DNA of 64,000 bases. Source: Desulfurococcales archaeon. Its GTDB lineage: Archaea > Thermoproteota > Thermoprotei_A > Sulfolobales > NBVN01. The notes below the pieces were generated by a model. The model was not told the origin of the DNA. It saw only the letters and a list, made by a program, of their open reading frames with translations, and did not search any database. The stretch is from positions 91,682-155,681 of the forward strand of contig JALWZB010000155.1 of NCBI GenBank assembly GCA_027002995.1, read 5' to 3'. Each line of letters starts with the position of its first letter. Position 1 is the first letter of the stretch. The position numbers were made by a program, and so were the translations under genes. Positions 37,537 through 46,979 of this stretch are shown piece after piece.

Positions 37537-39316
37537 AGCATTCAGAACTAAAGTACCGGTCCTAGGCAAAAAGATCTCCAAAAGGGCTTACGCTGGTAGC
37601 GAGTCGCAGGCTTTCGAAATCCAAGAAGATTACATTATCTTAAGGCATAAGGATAAAGTATGCTGCCGTAAATTACTGCTAATAGAGAATATTTCCGGAA
37701 CCCTAGCTGACATGGGTGTAGCTGACTTACTCCACTACCTTCGAGGCTACTTCAAAACGCTAAACCTTGGATTTCCTTTAGAAATCAGAACCTACGTTGT
37801 ACCCACAGATAGGGACGAGTACTTAAAGGAACTTGAAAAGCACATTTCCACATTAGAGATCATGCTTGAGAGTAACCCATCGGCTGTCAATGTACGTAAG
37901 AAGTTACAGCACCTCAAGAAAGTGCGGGACACTATAGTTAAGGATGGAATACCACCGATCAGCATGATAGCGTTAATGATCGTGGAAGCGTGTGGTGAGG
38001 ACCTTGAGCAAGCCCTTGAGGAGTTAGAGAGGAGGTGCCGCATAGTCAGGAATACTTTCTCATCTCTCGGCATAAGGGTGGATTCTGTGAGGGGATTGAG
38101 GAAGCGCTTCTTGCTTAGGCTATTTTTTCGACGCGGTCCTTGGCCAAGAGGTGACGGCATTACAAAACTTACCCTGAGAATTGCTGGTTTAAGAACATTC
38201 GCTGGGGCTGCAACGTCACTCCTATACCCCTTCATAATATCTAGCACTGCACTCGCTACCGCTAGCTCCAAGGGCATCTACCTAGGTAAGGACCCGGACT
38301 CAGGAGAAAGGATATTTTGGGATGTGTCTAGGTCACTGTCACCACATGTACTAGTTGTAGGACCTACGGGATCGGGTAAGACCGAATTCCTAGCTATACT
38401 AGTGAGCAGGTTGCTATCGTTTTTCGGTAAAGGGTCAATAATACTTGACATAAAGGGTGAGTACCCCTCTAGGCTTGAGCGTCGCGGAGTACCGTTCAAG
38501 CACTATGTGTTGGGTGAGGATTTAGAGCTCAACTTGCATGACTTAAGTAGGCTTTACCCAAAACGTCTCCGACCAGGCATCCTAACCGACGTTATTGTTA
38601 AGTCATATGAGTTACTTAGTAAGAGGGAACTAGTGTCCGCTGTTTATAGGGGGGTTGAGTACTCACTAAATGTCGAATGTCAAGACATACTGGATTGTTT
38701 AAGACAGTATGTCGAGTCTTATGAGGAACCCTACGTAACTTACGTCATCTCTCGTGTAGCGTCAGAGATTAAGTCTGTCTATCCCGGCACCGGGGTGAGC
38801 CTCACATATCTTCTGCTTGAGGCGTTGAGTGGGAATCTAAGGGAGGTTGCAGTACTTGATGGTAGCAAGCTTGCGTCAAGCAGTCGTAACTTAGTGAACC
38901 TAGCGATATGCTATATGTCGTCAGTGATCAGGGCCGTGATACAGTCTTCGAAACCGACCACCAAACCTTTCCGCTTCAGGACAGCGTTGGTGCTTGATGA
39001 GGGGTGGCTCTACGTTCAAAGATTAACCGAGGAGGTCTCCTCACTTATGCGTCTTGGAAGAAGCTACGGTGTGATGGTATGTATAGCAACACAAAGCGTC
39101 GATGACCTCCGCGTGATAGGCTCCGGCGTAACTAATAACTTAGGTTTACTCGTTGCTATGGCTTCACCAGACCCAGGTTACTGGGAATCACTGACGGGCT
39201 TTATGCACTTCCCCTCACGTGAAATACAGCGATTCACGACCCTACTTGGTAGGGGGGAGGGAATCGTTAGAATATCGCCTGATCCTAGACCGAGGGTGGT
39301 TTCGTTTAAGTCGTAG
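37517..39316 (+). CDS. VirB4/TrbE/CedB-like ATPase (FtsK-HerA superfamily)
   Basis: Walker A VVGPTGSGKTEF, Walker B ALVLDEGWLYV (DEAW-like), ATQSVDDL, plus a VirB4-like N-terminal domain pattern. Confidence 0.65.
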   Translation: MLKNILKAFRTKVPVLGKKISKRAYAGSESQAFEIQEDYIILRHKDKVCCRKLLLIENISGTLADMGVADLLHYLRGYFKTLNLGFPLEIRTYVVPTDRDEYLKELEKHISTLEIMLESNPSAVNVRKKLQHLKKVRDTIVKDGIPPISMIALMIVEACGEDLEQALEELERRCRIVRNTFSSLGIRVDSVRGLRKRFLLRLFFRRGPWPRGDGITKLTLRIAGLRTFAGAATSLLYPFIISSTALATASSKGIYLGKDPDSGERIFWDVSRSLSPHVLVVGPTGSGKTEFLAILVSRLLSFFGKGSIILDIKGEYPSRLERRGVPFKHYVLGEDLELNLHDLSRLYPKRLRPGILTDVIVKSYELLSKRELVSAVYRGVEYSLNVECQDILDCLRQYVESYEEPYVTYVISRVASEIKSVYPGTGVSLTYLLLEALSGNLREVAVLDGSKLASSSRNLVNLAICYMSSVIRAVIQSSKPTTKPFRFRTALVLDEGWLYVQRLTEEVSSLMRLGRSYGVMVCIATQSVDDLRVIGSGVTNNLGLLVAMASPDPGYWESLTGFMHFPSREIQRFTTLLGRGEGIVRISPDPRPRVVSFKS

Positions 39317-39318
39317 TT

Positions 39319-39855
39319 TCACGGGATTGATTCCTCAGCGAGGACATTCATGGTGTGCAGTTGTTTCACCTGCACATTCCTCGATACTGTATCAAGTACA
39401 GCGTAAGTTGCTTCCTCAGCTAGGTATCCGCTTAGCGTGCCTGGGTTCACGAGTAGTGCCGTACCTCTTCGCTCAACCTTGTATCTATGTGTGTGCCCAA
39501 AGAGAACTAGGCGGTAGTAGCCTGACAGCGCGATGGCGGTCGCTATCTTCTCAGTGAACACAGCGTCCTTGAATCCATGCATTAAGAACGCCGTGAGTTC
39601 CCCTAGGTCTGCTTCGGCTGGTTGCGGGGCTATGTTATGCTCTATTTCCCTTAACATGCTGATGTCGCCGTCATTATTACCGAGGACACCAACTATTGGT
39701 AACTTCAGTTCCTTCAGCTTTAGCAATGTGAATGGTGAGGTGAAGTCCCCTAAATGGACGATGACCTTGGGTTTCTCCTTCAGTATGACGTGTTTTGTCA
39801 GGAGATCTACGTTGCTTAAGTTGTCGTGGGTATCAGATATTATCAAAACCCTCAA
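39319..39855 (-). CDS. YfcE/MJ0936-family metallophosphoesterase
   Basis: ISDTHDN, LGDF, GNNDG and GHTH motifs. Confidence 0.85.
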   Translation of the reverse strand: MRVLIISDTHDNLSNVDLLTKHVILKEKPKVIVHLGDFTSPFTLLKLKELKLPIVGVLGNNDGDISMLREIEHNIAPQPAEADLGELTAFLMHGFKDAVFTEKIATAIALSGYYRLVLFGHTHRYKVERRGTALLVNPGTLSGYLAEEATYAVLDTVSRNVQVKQLHTMNVLAEESIP

Positions 39856-40009
39856 GTGTTACACCCCACTGAAAATGGGTACGGGAAACCTTAATTACGC
39901 CACGGCAGAATTCCGGCCTTAGCTCTTAGATTACCTCGAGGAGAATCTCTAGTACACAAATGTTTTAACTCTTAAAGATAATGGTTGATTTGCATGAGGT
40001 GTTAAACTG

Positions 40010-40675
40010 TTGAATATAAATATAAGAGGCGATAGGGAGAGTCGAGCAATACTTGTTTCAGCCCTCCTCCTGCTCTTCATAGTTATTCCTGTATCAGCTA
40101 TGTGGAGCACTCGCTTAGGAATTAACGTGTCCGTAAACACCGGCTCATTTGATCCTGGAATCCACTCCTATAAAGGATACCTCATAGAGACGCACTGCGT
40201 CTGCCATAGTTGTTGCGTAAGTAACATAACGCGACTCTCCCCAGATGAACTCTACCTAAGCCCAGACAGCAGCTCATTAATTCTCGACGTAAGCCTGTGT
40301 GATGACAATCACCACCATAACAGGACCACATGCCACCACTGTCACAGCAGTAAGAGTTACTACGTCTTGATAGGGATACTGGTTAAGAACTACGGCACAA
40401 TCCCAGTAACCCTCCAAGGCGTAAATATTTACGACCAGAACCCTTCAGGCGGTGTATGGTCTGTATATAAGAAGATATACTACGGCCCCATAACTCACCT
40501 ACCTACAACACTCTGGAACGCTATAAGGGGATTAATCTTACCGCCGGGAAGCACCTCACCACCAATAACGCTTGACCCTGGAGACTACGCCATAATAGTA
40601 CTTACACTAAAACTAGAGCCTGGAGAATATGACCTAGTTATAACTCCGGCATTCAGTCAGTTTAACCATGGCTAA
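40010..40675 (+). CDS. secreted or membrane-anchored protein with two His/Cys-rich clusters
   Basis: N-terminal hydrophobic signal (RAILVSALLLLFIVIPVSA), HCVCHSCC and CDDNHHHNRTTCHHCH clusters. TTG start per the ORF track. Confidence 0.5.
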   Translation: MNINIRGDRESRAILVSALLLLFIVIPVSAMWSTRLGINVSVNTGSFDPGIHSYKGYLIETHCVCHSCCVSNITRLSPDELYLSPDSSSLILDVSLCDDNHHHNRTTCHHCHSSKSYYVLIGILVKNYGTIPVTLQGVNIYDQNPSGGVWSVYKKIYYGPITHLPTTLWNAIRGLILPPGSTSPPITLDPGDYAIIVLTLKLEPGEYDLVITPAFSQFNHG

Positions 40676-40820
40676 TTAATGAAACCTTAACATATACCTA
40701 CCCCCCATGAAATAATCAACCTTAATTATAGGAACAACAGAACAAATAGAAAGCCAATCACACCGGAACTCGCTAGTTCAAAGTAGTCAAGTAAACCAAA
40801 GGCTAAAAACAAATGTTCTA

Positions 40821-40898
40821 TGGCGGGCCCGCCGGGATTTGAACCCGGGACCACCGGCTCCGGAGGCCGGTGCCCTATCCTGGCTAGGCCACGGGCCC
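40821..40898 (-). tRNA. tRNA-Arg(CCG), CCA encoded
   Basis: The reverse complement reads GGGCCCG-TG-GCCT-AGCCAGGATA-GGGC-A-CCGGC-CTCCGGA-GCCGG-TGGTC-CCGGG-TTCAAAT-CCCGG-CGGGCCC-G-CCA. Confidence 0.95.
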
Positions 40899-40938
40899 TT
40901 GTTAAGTATTTGTTTAGTGTGATATTTTTGTTGTTTGC

Positions 40939-43900
40939 TCAGGTTCCATGTATTTCTGTTATTGTTATCGTGTAGATTTCCCCGTTTATCTCCCACTTCT
41001 TTGTTAATATTTTCTCTCTAGGTATACTTGCGGGGTGTTGTTTTGTGAGTCTTATTTCCTTGGCCCTTACTTCGTTGGCTATGTAGTCTAGTTTCTTTTC
41101 TATGTATTTTACATGTTGTTCTGGGGGTGTTATCGTTACTTCTATGTAGGCATTCATTGGTAGGTTTAGTTCTTTTCGCATTGTTTGTATTCTGCGTATG
41201 ATGTCCCTGGCTAGCCCGTCCGCTATTTCTTCTTCTGTGAGTTGTGTGTCTATTGCGAGGCTTCCCCAGCTTGCTTCCTGTACTGCGTAGCCTGTGGCTT
41301 GTACTGGTATTATGTTTAGTTCCTCTGGTGTCAGCATTATCGTGGTGTTGCCTATTTTTGTTTCGTGTTTGCCTTTCGTTATTATGTCCTTAGCTACCTC
41401 TGCTTGATTCTTTAGTACGTAATCTACTATCTGCTTTGTAAGTTTCCTGTACTTTGGTCCTAGTATGGAGTATTTTGGCTCTACCTTGTATTGAATGACT
41501 TCCTTAACCTCGCTGGGTTCCTTGATTAGGACTTCACGCGTGTTGAGGAGGTTGCGGAGGAGTTCTTCGTGCTTTCTCACAATGCCCACTATGTTGTCGT
41601 TGCTGGTGTATATTATTACGCGCTTGACTGGTTGTCTGAGCTTTAGTTTTGCCTTCATTCTCGCTGCTGCTGCCACCTCAGCTATCTCTCTTATCGCGTT
41701 CATCTCTTGCTCTAGTTCCTTGTCAGTGAGTTCCTCCCTTGGTGCTGGCCATTCAAGCATATGTATTGAGGGCGGGGCGTCAGGTGTTGCTGGCCTTATG
41801 AATTCCTGGTATATCTTCTCTGTAAAGAACGGTATTATGGGCGCCGCCATTATTAACCATGACTTCAGGGCGTGGTAGAGGGTTGCGTAGGCCGCCATCT
41901 TGTCTGGGGTGTTCTCCTCAACCCAGACTCTAGGCCTAATGAGCCTCACGTACCAGTGACTTACGTCCTCAACTATGAAGCGCTTGAGTGCTCTGACAGC
42001 GTCGTGTACTTTGTATTCCTCCATGGCCTCAGTAACTTCATCTATTAGGGTGTTAAGTCTGGAGAGTAACCAGCGGTCCTCTATCCTTAGGTGATTGAGG
42101 TACTGGTCAATTCCATGCTTAGTTGGATCATAGCCGTCTAGGTTCATGTATGTTGATGCGAAGACGAACACGTTCCATGCTACCGATAAGTCTCTCTTGG
42201 CTTCCTCCAATAATTTCCATGAGAACCTTAGATCCTCCCACACCGTGTTCTGGAGTACAGCAAATCTGAATACGTCGCTACCTACCTTCGCTAGTACCTC
42301 GTCTGTCCCTATGTAGTTGCCTAGGCTCTTATGCATCTCCCTGCCGCTCTCATCTAGGGCGAATCCGTGCACTAGCACTGTTCTGTAGGGTACGCGTCCG
42401 AACCCTAGTACGCCGGCACGTAGTAAGCTGAAGAACCAGCCTCTTGTTTGGTCGTGACCCTCCGTTATGAAGTCAGCCACTACGTCCTCGGGATTCTTAA
42501 TCTTGCCCGGGTGAGCTTCACTGGCATAGAAAGCTATGCCACTATCAAACCAGACGTCTATAACGTCAGGAATGCGCTTCATCTCCTTGCCGCAGACTGG
42601 GCACTTAAGGACGACCTCGTCAATCCAGGGCCTGTGTAGTTCCTTAGGTTTCTTTCCTCCATACTTCAGTAGCTCATCAACGCTCCCGATCACTAGCCTG
42701 TGTCCGTTAGGGCAAACCCATATCGGGAGCGGTGTCCCCCAGTACCTTTGCCTGCTTAGGACCCAGTCCTGTAGGTTCTCCAACATGTTCATTATCCTGT
42801 TAAGAGCCCATTCAGGGACCCACCGCGCTTTGCGAACCTCCTCAATTAACTTCTTCTTCATCCTGGTTATCTTGAGTACCCATTGCTCCCTAGTCCTCAG
42901 CACCACGGGCGACTTACAGCGCCAACATATCGGATACCTGTGCTTGATGATCCCCTCATGAAGTAGGGCACCCGCCTGCCTGAGATCTTCTATTATATCT
43001 GGGTTAGCATCCTTCACGTACTTACCAGCGTACTTACCTGCCTCCTTGGTGAAGCGGCCCTCATCGTCTATTGGCGAGATTATGTCACCTATTTCTATAC
43101 GTTGCGCGACTATGAAGTCCTCGAATCCGTGGCCTGGAGCTGCGTGAACTAAGCCCGTACCTTCAGTCATAGTCACGAATTCAGGCGCGAGCACCACCTC
43201 ATGGTACTTGCTGAGAACCTCCTGAACCGGGACCACCTCCCGGAGAGGGTGCTCATACTTCATTCCCTCCAATTCCTTCCCTTTAAACTCGCTCAGCACT
43301 TCATACTCGCTCATTCCTGCTTCACTCATTACTGCTTCCAGCCTGTCCTTAGCTAGGATCAACACCTCGTTACCCACTTTGACCTTGACATACGTTGCGT
43401 CGGGATGAGCCATGACGAAGGTGTTTGCAGGTAGCGTCCATGGTGTGGTTGTCCATATTAGTAGGTATTCGTTCTCGGAATTAACCACCCGGAACTTTAC
43501 GTATATTGAGGGATCCGAGAGTTCCTTGTATTCCACCTCATACTCGGCAAGCGTTGTTGAGCATCTGGGACACCAATAAACAACCCTCTTCTCATTAACG
43601 AGTAGGCCCTCCTCATCAGCCTTCTTTATTAACCACCAGCCGGCCTCTATGTATTCATCACGCAGCGTAAGGTAAGGGTTATCCCAATCCATGAATACTC
43701 CTAAACTTTTGAACCAGTAAGTCATGGATTTAACGTTCTCAAGAACTGTGGCTTTACATAGCTCTATGAACTTATCGACACCTACCTTCTCCTCAATGTC
43801 TTTCTTGCTCCTAGTACCTATTCTCTTCTCCACAGCAACCTCTATAGGTAACCCGTGACAGTCATAGCCTGGTTGATCCTTTACTCGGTAACCCCTTAAC

Positions 43901-44139
43901 CTACGGTACCTCAGTATAGAGTCCTTCAACACCTTATTCCAGCTAGTACCCACGTGGGGTAAACCGCTTGAGGGATAGGGAGGACCATCAATAAATCTAA
44001 AGTATTTAGTGCGCTTCGATTCAAGTTCCTTAATAATCTCATAGATTCTCCCAGAGTCCCAGAACTTCATTATCTCGGACTCCACTTCGTGTGGGTTATA
44101 CTGTCCTCTCAGCACCCCGACTCTACCCATACCTAACAC
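40939..44139 (-). CDS. ileS: isoleucine--tRNA ligase
   Basis: 1066 aa, GYDCHGLPIE, editing domain, KMSKS-like MHKSLGN, Zn knuckles CPRC/CWRC. Confidence 0.93.
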   Translation of the reverse strand: MLGMGRVGVLRGQYNPHEVESEIMKFWDSGRIYEIIKELESKRTKYFRFIDGPPYPSSGLPHVGTSWNKVLKDSILRYRRLRGYRVKDQPGYDCHGLPIEVAVEKRIGTRSKKDIEEKVGVDKFIELCKATVLENVKSMTYWFKSLGVFMDWDNPYLTLRDEYIEAGWWLIKKADEEGLLVNEKRVVYWCPRCSTTLAEYEVEYKELSDPSIYVKFRVVNSENEYLLIWTTTPWTLPANTFVMAHPDATYVKVKVGNEVLILAKDRLEAVMSEAGMSEYEVLSEFKGKELEGMKYEHPLREVVPVQEVLSKYHEVVLAPEFVTMTEGTGLVHAAPGHGFEDFIVAQRIEIGDIISPIDDEGRFTKEAGKYAGKYVKDANPDIIEDLRQAGALLHEGIIKHRYPICWRCKSPVVLRTREQWVLKITRMKKKLIEEVRKARWVPEWALNRIMNMLENLQDWVLSRQRYWGTPLPIWVCPNGHRLVIGSVDELLKYGGKKPKELHRPWIDEVVLKCPVCGKEMKRIPDVIDVWFDSGIAFYASEAHPGKIKNPEDVVADFITEGHDQTRGWFFSLLRAGVLGFGRVPYRTVLVHGFALDESGREMHKSLGNYIGTDEVLAKVGSDVFRFAVLQNTVWEDLRFSWKLLEEAKRDLSVAWNVFVFASTYMNLDGYDPTKHGIDQYLNHLRIEDRWLLSRLNTLIDEVTEAMEEYKVHDAVRALKRFIVEDVSHWYVRLIRPRVWVEENTPDKMAAYATLYHALKSWLIMAAPIIPFFTEKIYQEFIRPATPDAPPSIHMLEWPAPREELTDKELEQEMNAIREIAEVAAAARMKAKLKLRQPVKRVIIYTSNDNIVGIVRKHEELLRNLLNTREVLIKEPSEVKEVIQYKVEPKYSILGPKYRKLTKQIVDYVLKNQAEVAKDIITKGKHETKIGNTTIMLTPEELNIIPVQATGYAVQEASWGSLAIDTQLTEEEIADGLARDIIRRIQTMRKELNLPMNAYIEVTITPPEQHVKYIEKKLDYIANEVRAKEIRLTKQHPASIPREKILTKKWEINGEIYTITITEIHGT

Positions 44140-44497
44140 CCACTAACATCTGAGCATCCATCACGCGGTGTATAAGGTGCTGGACACTAAAATAGGTTTA
44201 ACTTCTCAATAGCTACCTACCGGCATCCTTTCCACTCCAGCCACACCAAGAAGTCTTACCTCTAGAGAACGGAAGATAGGTTTAGCCATAACACAGGAGT
44301 TAATCACAACAGAGGACCACGCAGAAATTTTTCGGGGAAGCTCTCTTGGTTCTATGTTTTTGTGGTTAAAAGGTGAAGGGAAGATCATACGTCTGCCTGC
44401 ATGGCAGGGATAAAGAAGGCAGGATTGAAACAATCTACATCGGTCCCCTAGAGGAAATAGCGAAGTACTACTTGACGTTCAAGAGGGAGATAAGAGG

Positions 44498-44573
44498 TGG
44501 CGCCGGGGAGGGGACTCGAACCCCCGACCACCGGGTTAACAGCCCGGCGCTCTACCGGCTGAGCTACCCCGGC
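44498..44573 (-). tRNA. tRNA-Asn(GTT), CCA encoded
   Basis: The reverse complement reads GCCGGGG-TA-GCTC-AGCCGGTA-GAGC-G-CCGGG-CTGTTAA-CCCGG-TGGTC-GGGGG-TTCGAGT-CCCCT-CCCCGGC-G-CCA. Confidence 0.95.
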
Positions 44574-44630
44574 CCCAGGTCGTGGATTTGTGTGGTTGAA
44601 TTTAAGCTTTACTTACTTTCATCCTTACTT

Positions 44631-45365
44631 TCATCTTTGAAAACGGATCAAGTATTCAGCGAACTCAATGAAGCCCTTTGAGGAGCCGTTCTTTGTTACT
44701 ATGTCGGCAACAGCCTTTAGTTCGTCATCCGCGTTACCTACGGCTGCGAGCACATTGCATTCGTTTCTCATAGGTAAGTCTGTGGCGGAGTCGCCTACAC
44801 AGTACGTTAGGTCTCGGCTTATTCTGTAGTACTTCAAGTACGCCCTTATGCCTGCATCCTTCCCACATTCCCTAGGATGGATATGTATAGCGTACCCGCT
44901 TGATGATACGTGGAGTTTGCTTAAGTCGAACCCGCCCTTAAGTAAAATCTCCTTTGTAAGCTCCAGAGCCTTACGCCCGTCTATGCCACGCCACTTAACC
45001 GCCTTGTCACATAACCTAAACATGTTCTGCCAAGTGTCTCTGAAGATCCCGCCAGAATTCCTAATTAGGTATTCCTTAGCGTCCTCCGACTCCTTACATT
45101 CGTTACAGATCTGTACTATCCTATCAGTGTACATTACGCAACCATTCTCCGCAATGACTTCCCCGCCAATCCCCAAGTATATGGAGAGTCCCCTAAGTAC
45201 CGGGAGAGAATTCCCTGAAATTAACACTATCTTATAGCCTTTAGACCTTAGGACACGAAGATAAGGAATCACCGCAGGATCCAGATTACTAGTACGCCTA
45301 TCCTCAGTAAGAGTGCCGTCAACGTCTAGGAAGATCACTCCCCTTATCATTAAGGTCAACCCCAC
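44631..45365 (-). CDS. HAD-superfamily phosphatase (Cof/phosphoglycolate phosphatase type)
   Basis: FLDVDGTLT, SGNS and GDSATD motifs. Confidence 0.8.
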   Translation of the reverse strand: MGLTLMIRGVIFLDVDGTLTEDRRTSNLDPAVIPYLRVLRSKGYKIVLISGNSLPVLRGLSIYLGIGGEVIAENGCVMYTDRIVQICNECKESEDAKEYLIRNSGGIFRDTWQNMFRLCDKAVKWRGIDGRKALELTKEILLKGGFDLSKLHVSSSGYAIHIHPRECGKDAGIRAYLKYYRISRDLTYCVGDSATDLPMRNECNVLAAVGNADDELKAVADIVTKNGSSKGFIEFAEYLIRFQR

Positions 45366-45682
45366 CTTGCTTACTCGCAGGGTTTAAAATCTATTGATTT
45401 AAATTTTTAATTGGGAGGACTTAACGTCCAAACTTACTTGCTCACTAGATTTCTAAGAAACCGTTAAGCTATGAAATCTGTATGCACGTAGTAAATTATC
45501 TCTCGAAATCTCTTAGACGTAGTTATTAGAAGCGGTGTTAATTAAAGAGGGACTCCTTAATACTGGGAAGTATTACTTCAGAATAATTGAAGGAATTATT
45601 CATTATTAGCCCGTTAAAAATGTGAAGGTTTCAAGTAATTCTTAACTACCTCAATATACCATAATAGTAATGGTGAGACACC

Positions 45683-45868
45683 ATGGCCAAGAAGAAGGCC
45701 GTCAAGGTTAAGGACCCAACCACTGGGAAGGAAGTCGAGCTTGTGCCCGAGAAGGTGTGGACACTAGCTCCTCGCGGTAGGAAGGGCGTTAAGATAGGGC
45801 TATTTAAGAGCCCTGAGACAGGCAAGTACTTCCGTGCCAAGGTACCCGACGACTACCCAGAGGGTTAA
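45683..45868 (+). CDS. cren7: chromatin protein Cren7
   Basis: [52 protein letters not shown] is near-identical in pattern to Sulfolobus Cren7. Confidence 0.92.
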   Translation: MAKKKAVKVKDPTTGKEVELVPEKVWTLAPRGRKGVKIGLFKSPETGKYFRAKVPDDYPEG

Positions 45869-46046
45869 GCAGATGGAGGTTTCCTTCCCTATTAAAAGAG
45901 GAAAAACTTTTTCCCATACTGCTTCTAACTGCTTCTAATTAATCTAACTCTCTACGCTACTCATGGCGTACCCGAGTTAGTAGTATAACACATTAGCATT
46001 GCAGTTAATTTTCTCCTTACTGGAGATTAGCGAGGAGGGTAGAAGT

Positions 46047-46709
46047 ATGTCAGTTAAGTTCACACAAAGTATAATCGAAGCTATTTGGAGTAATGTGCGG
46101 GAGGCCGATGAGGTACTTAGGAGGCGGGATGAAGTACGCGAACACATCATAAGGATTAGCAGGGATATTATTAGGGAGTCAGGCTACGTCATAACATCGT
46201 TACATAATGGGAAAATTAATGAGGCGACACAGCACCTTGAGAAAATGAATGAATTATTCAAGGAGTTTTCATCAATCCTCAAGAACTTCCCGGAACTTAG
46301 GTTTACGGGGCTAGTGTTCAATGCTGAGGCCGAGTACGTTGAGGCACGAATACTTTACGATATTGCAGTGCGTAGTGAGGTGCCGTCAATAGCGGAACTA
46401 GGCACAGATCCGGTATCTTACCTTCAGGGTCTACTTGATGTTGTTGGTGAGCTTAAGAGACTTACCCTAGAATCAGTGGGTAGAAATGACTTTGACACTG
46501 CAGTGAATTACTTCAGGGTAGCTGAAGGTATTTATGAAGCAATCAGGCCTCTGGATTACCCAGAAGCTTTACTGCCTGGAGTACGAAGGAAAACTGATGT
46601 TGCGAGAGCCGTTGTAGAATCCTTGAGATCCCTGTTAACTGACTTAAGATTTCGGAAAGAGTTACTTGACGCTCTTGAATTCTGCCGAGAATCCATTAGA
46701 AGCACTTGA
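46047..46709 (+). CDS. translin-family protein
   Basis: YLQGLLDVVGELKRL motif and helical repeats. Start taken at internal Met (MSVKF); the ORF is open from 45999. Confidence 0.55.
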   Translation: MSVKFTQSIIEAIWSNVREADEVLRRRDEVREHIIRISRDIIRESGYVITSLHNGKINEATQHLEKMNELFKEFSSILKNFPELRFTGLVFNAEAEYVEARILYDIAVRSEVPSIAELGTDPVSYLQGLLDVVGELKRLTLESVGRNDFDTAVNYFRVAEGIYEAIRPLDYPEALLPGVRRKTDVARAVVESLRSLLTDLRFRKELLDALEFCRESIRST

Positions 46710-46716
46710 AGTGATG

Positions 46717-46845
46717 TGGTCCCCCGGGAGGGATTCGAACCCCCGACCGCCCGGTTTCTGCCGGAGGGCCCCCACCCGGGGGTTACCGATATGTACCCTC
46801 CGGGGCTGACTACAGCCGGGCGCTCTACCGCTGAGCTACCGGGGG
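46717..46845 (-). tRNA. tRNA-Tyr(GTA) with an approx 53-nt intron at 37/38, CCA encoded
   Basis: Acceptor CCCCCGG/CCGGGGG (the C1-G72 pair typical of archaeal tRNA-Tyr), anticodon stem CCCGG/CCGGG, loop CTGTAG[intron]A. Intron helix CCGGAGGG/CCCTCCGG. Confidence 0.9.
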
Positions 46846-46979
46846 ACCATGTTTAGGTTAATTGTTAGGGGTTATAAGGATTGCCGCCCTCCATACTCAA
46901 TACGGTAATGGACCATAGGGGTTAGGTGGCATTAGGCATAGGGTTTTTATGTGGTTAGCGCCGAAGTTGTTTCCTAGGG

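Noticed and set aside
40787-40996. 69-aa minus-strand ORF
   Set aside because: It covers tRNA-Arg(CCG) and the ileS 3' end. Spurious.
44425-44440. ATTGAAAC, reminiscent of crenarchaeal CRISPR repeat ends
   Set aside because: Single occurrence with no spaced repeats. No CRISPR array is present anywhere in the window.
44206-44681. Two overlapping ORFs (75 aa minus strand, 102 aa plus strand) in the ileS to HAD intergenic region
   Set aside because: The plus-strand ORF runs through tRNA-Asn on the opposite strand (GTRTPDHRVNSPALYRLSYPG is the tRNA-derived translation). The minus-strand ORF has no motif or coding look. The roughly 350-nt region 44140-44497 remains unexplained non-coding DNA, but I could not fold it into a known RNA.
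45919-45938. Tandem CTGCTTCTAA x2 downstream of cren7
   Set aside because: Only two copies in a T-rich terminator region. Too short to interpret.
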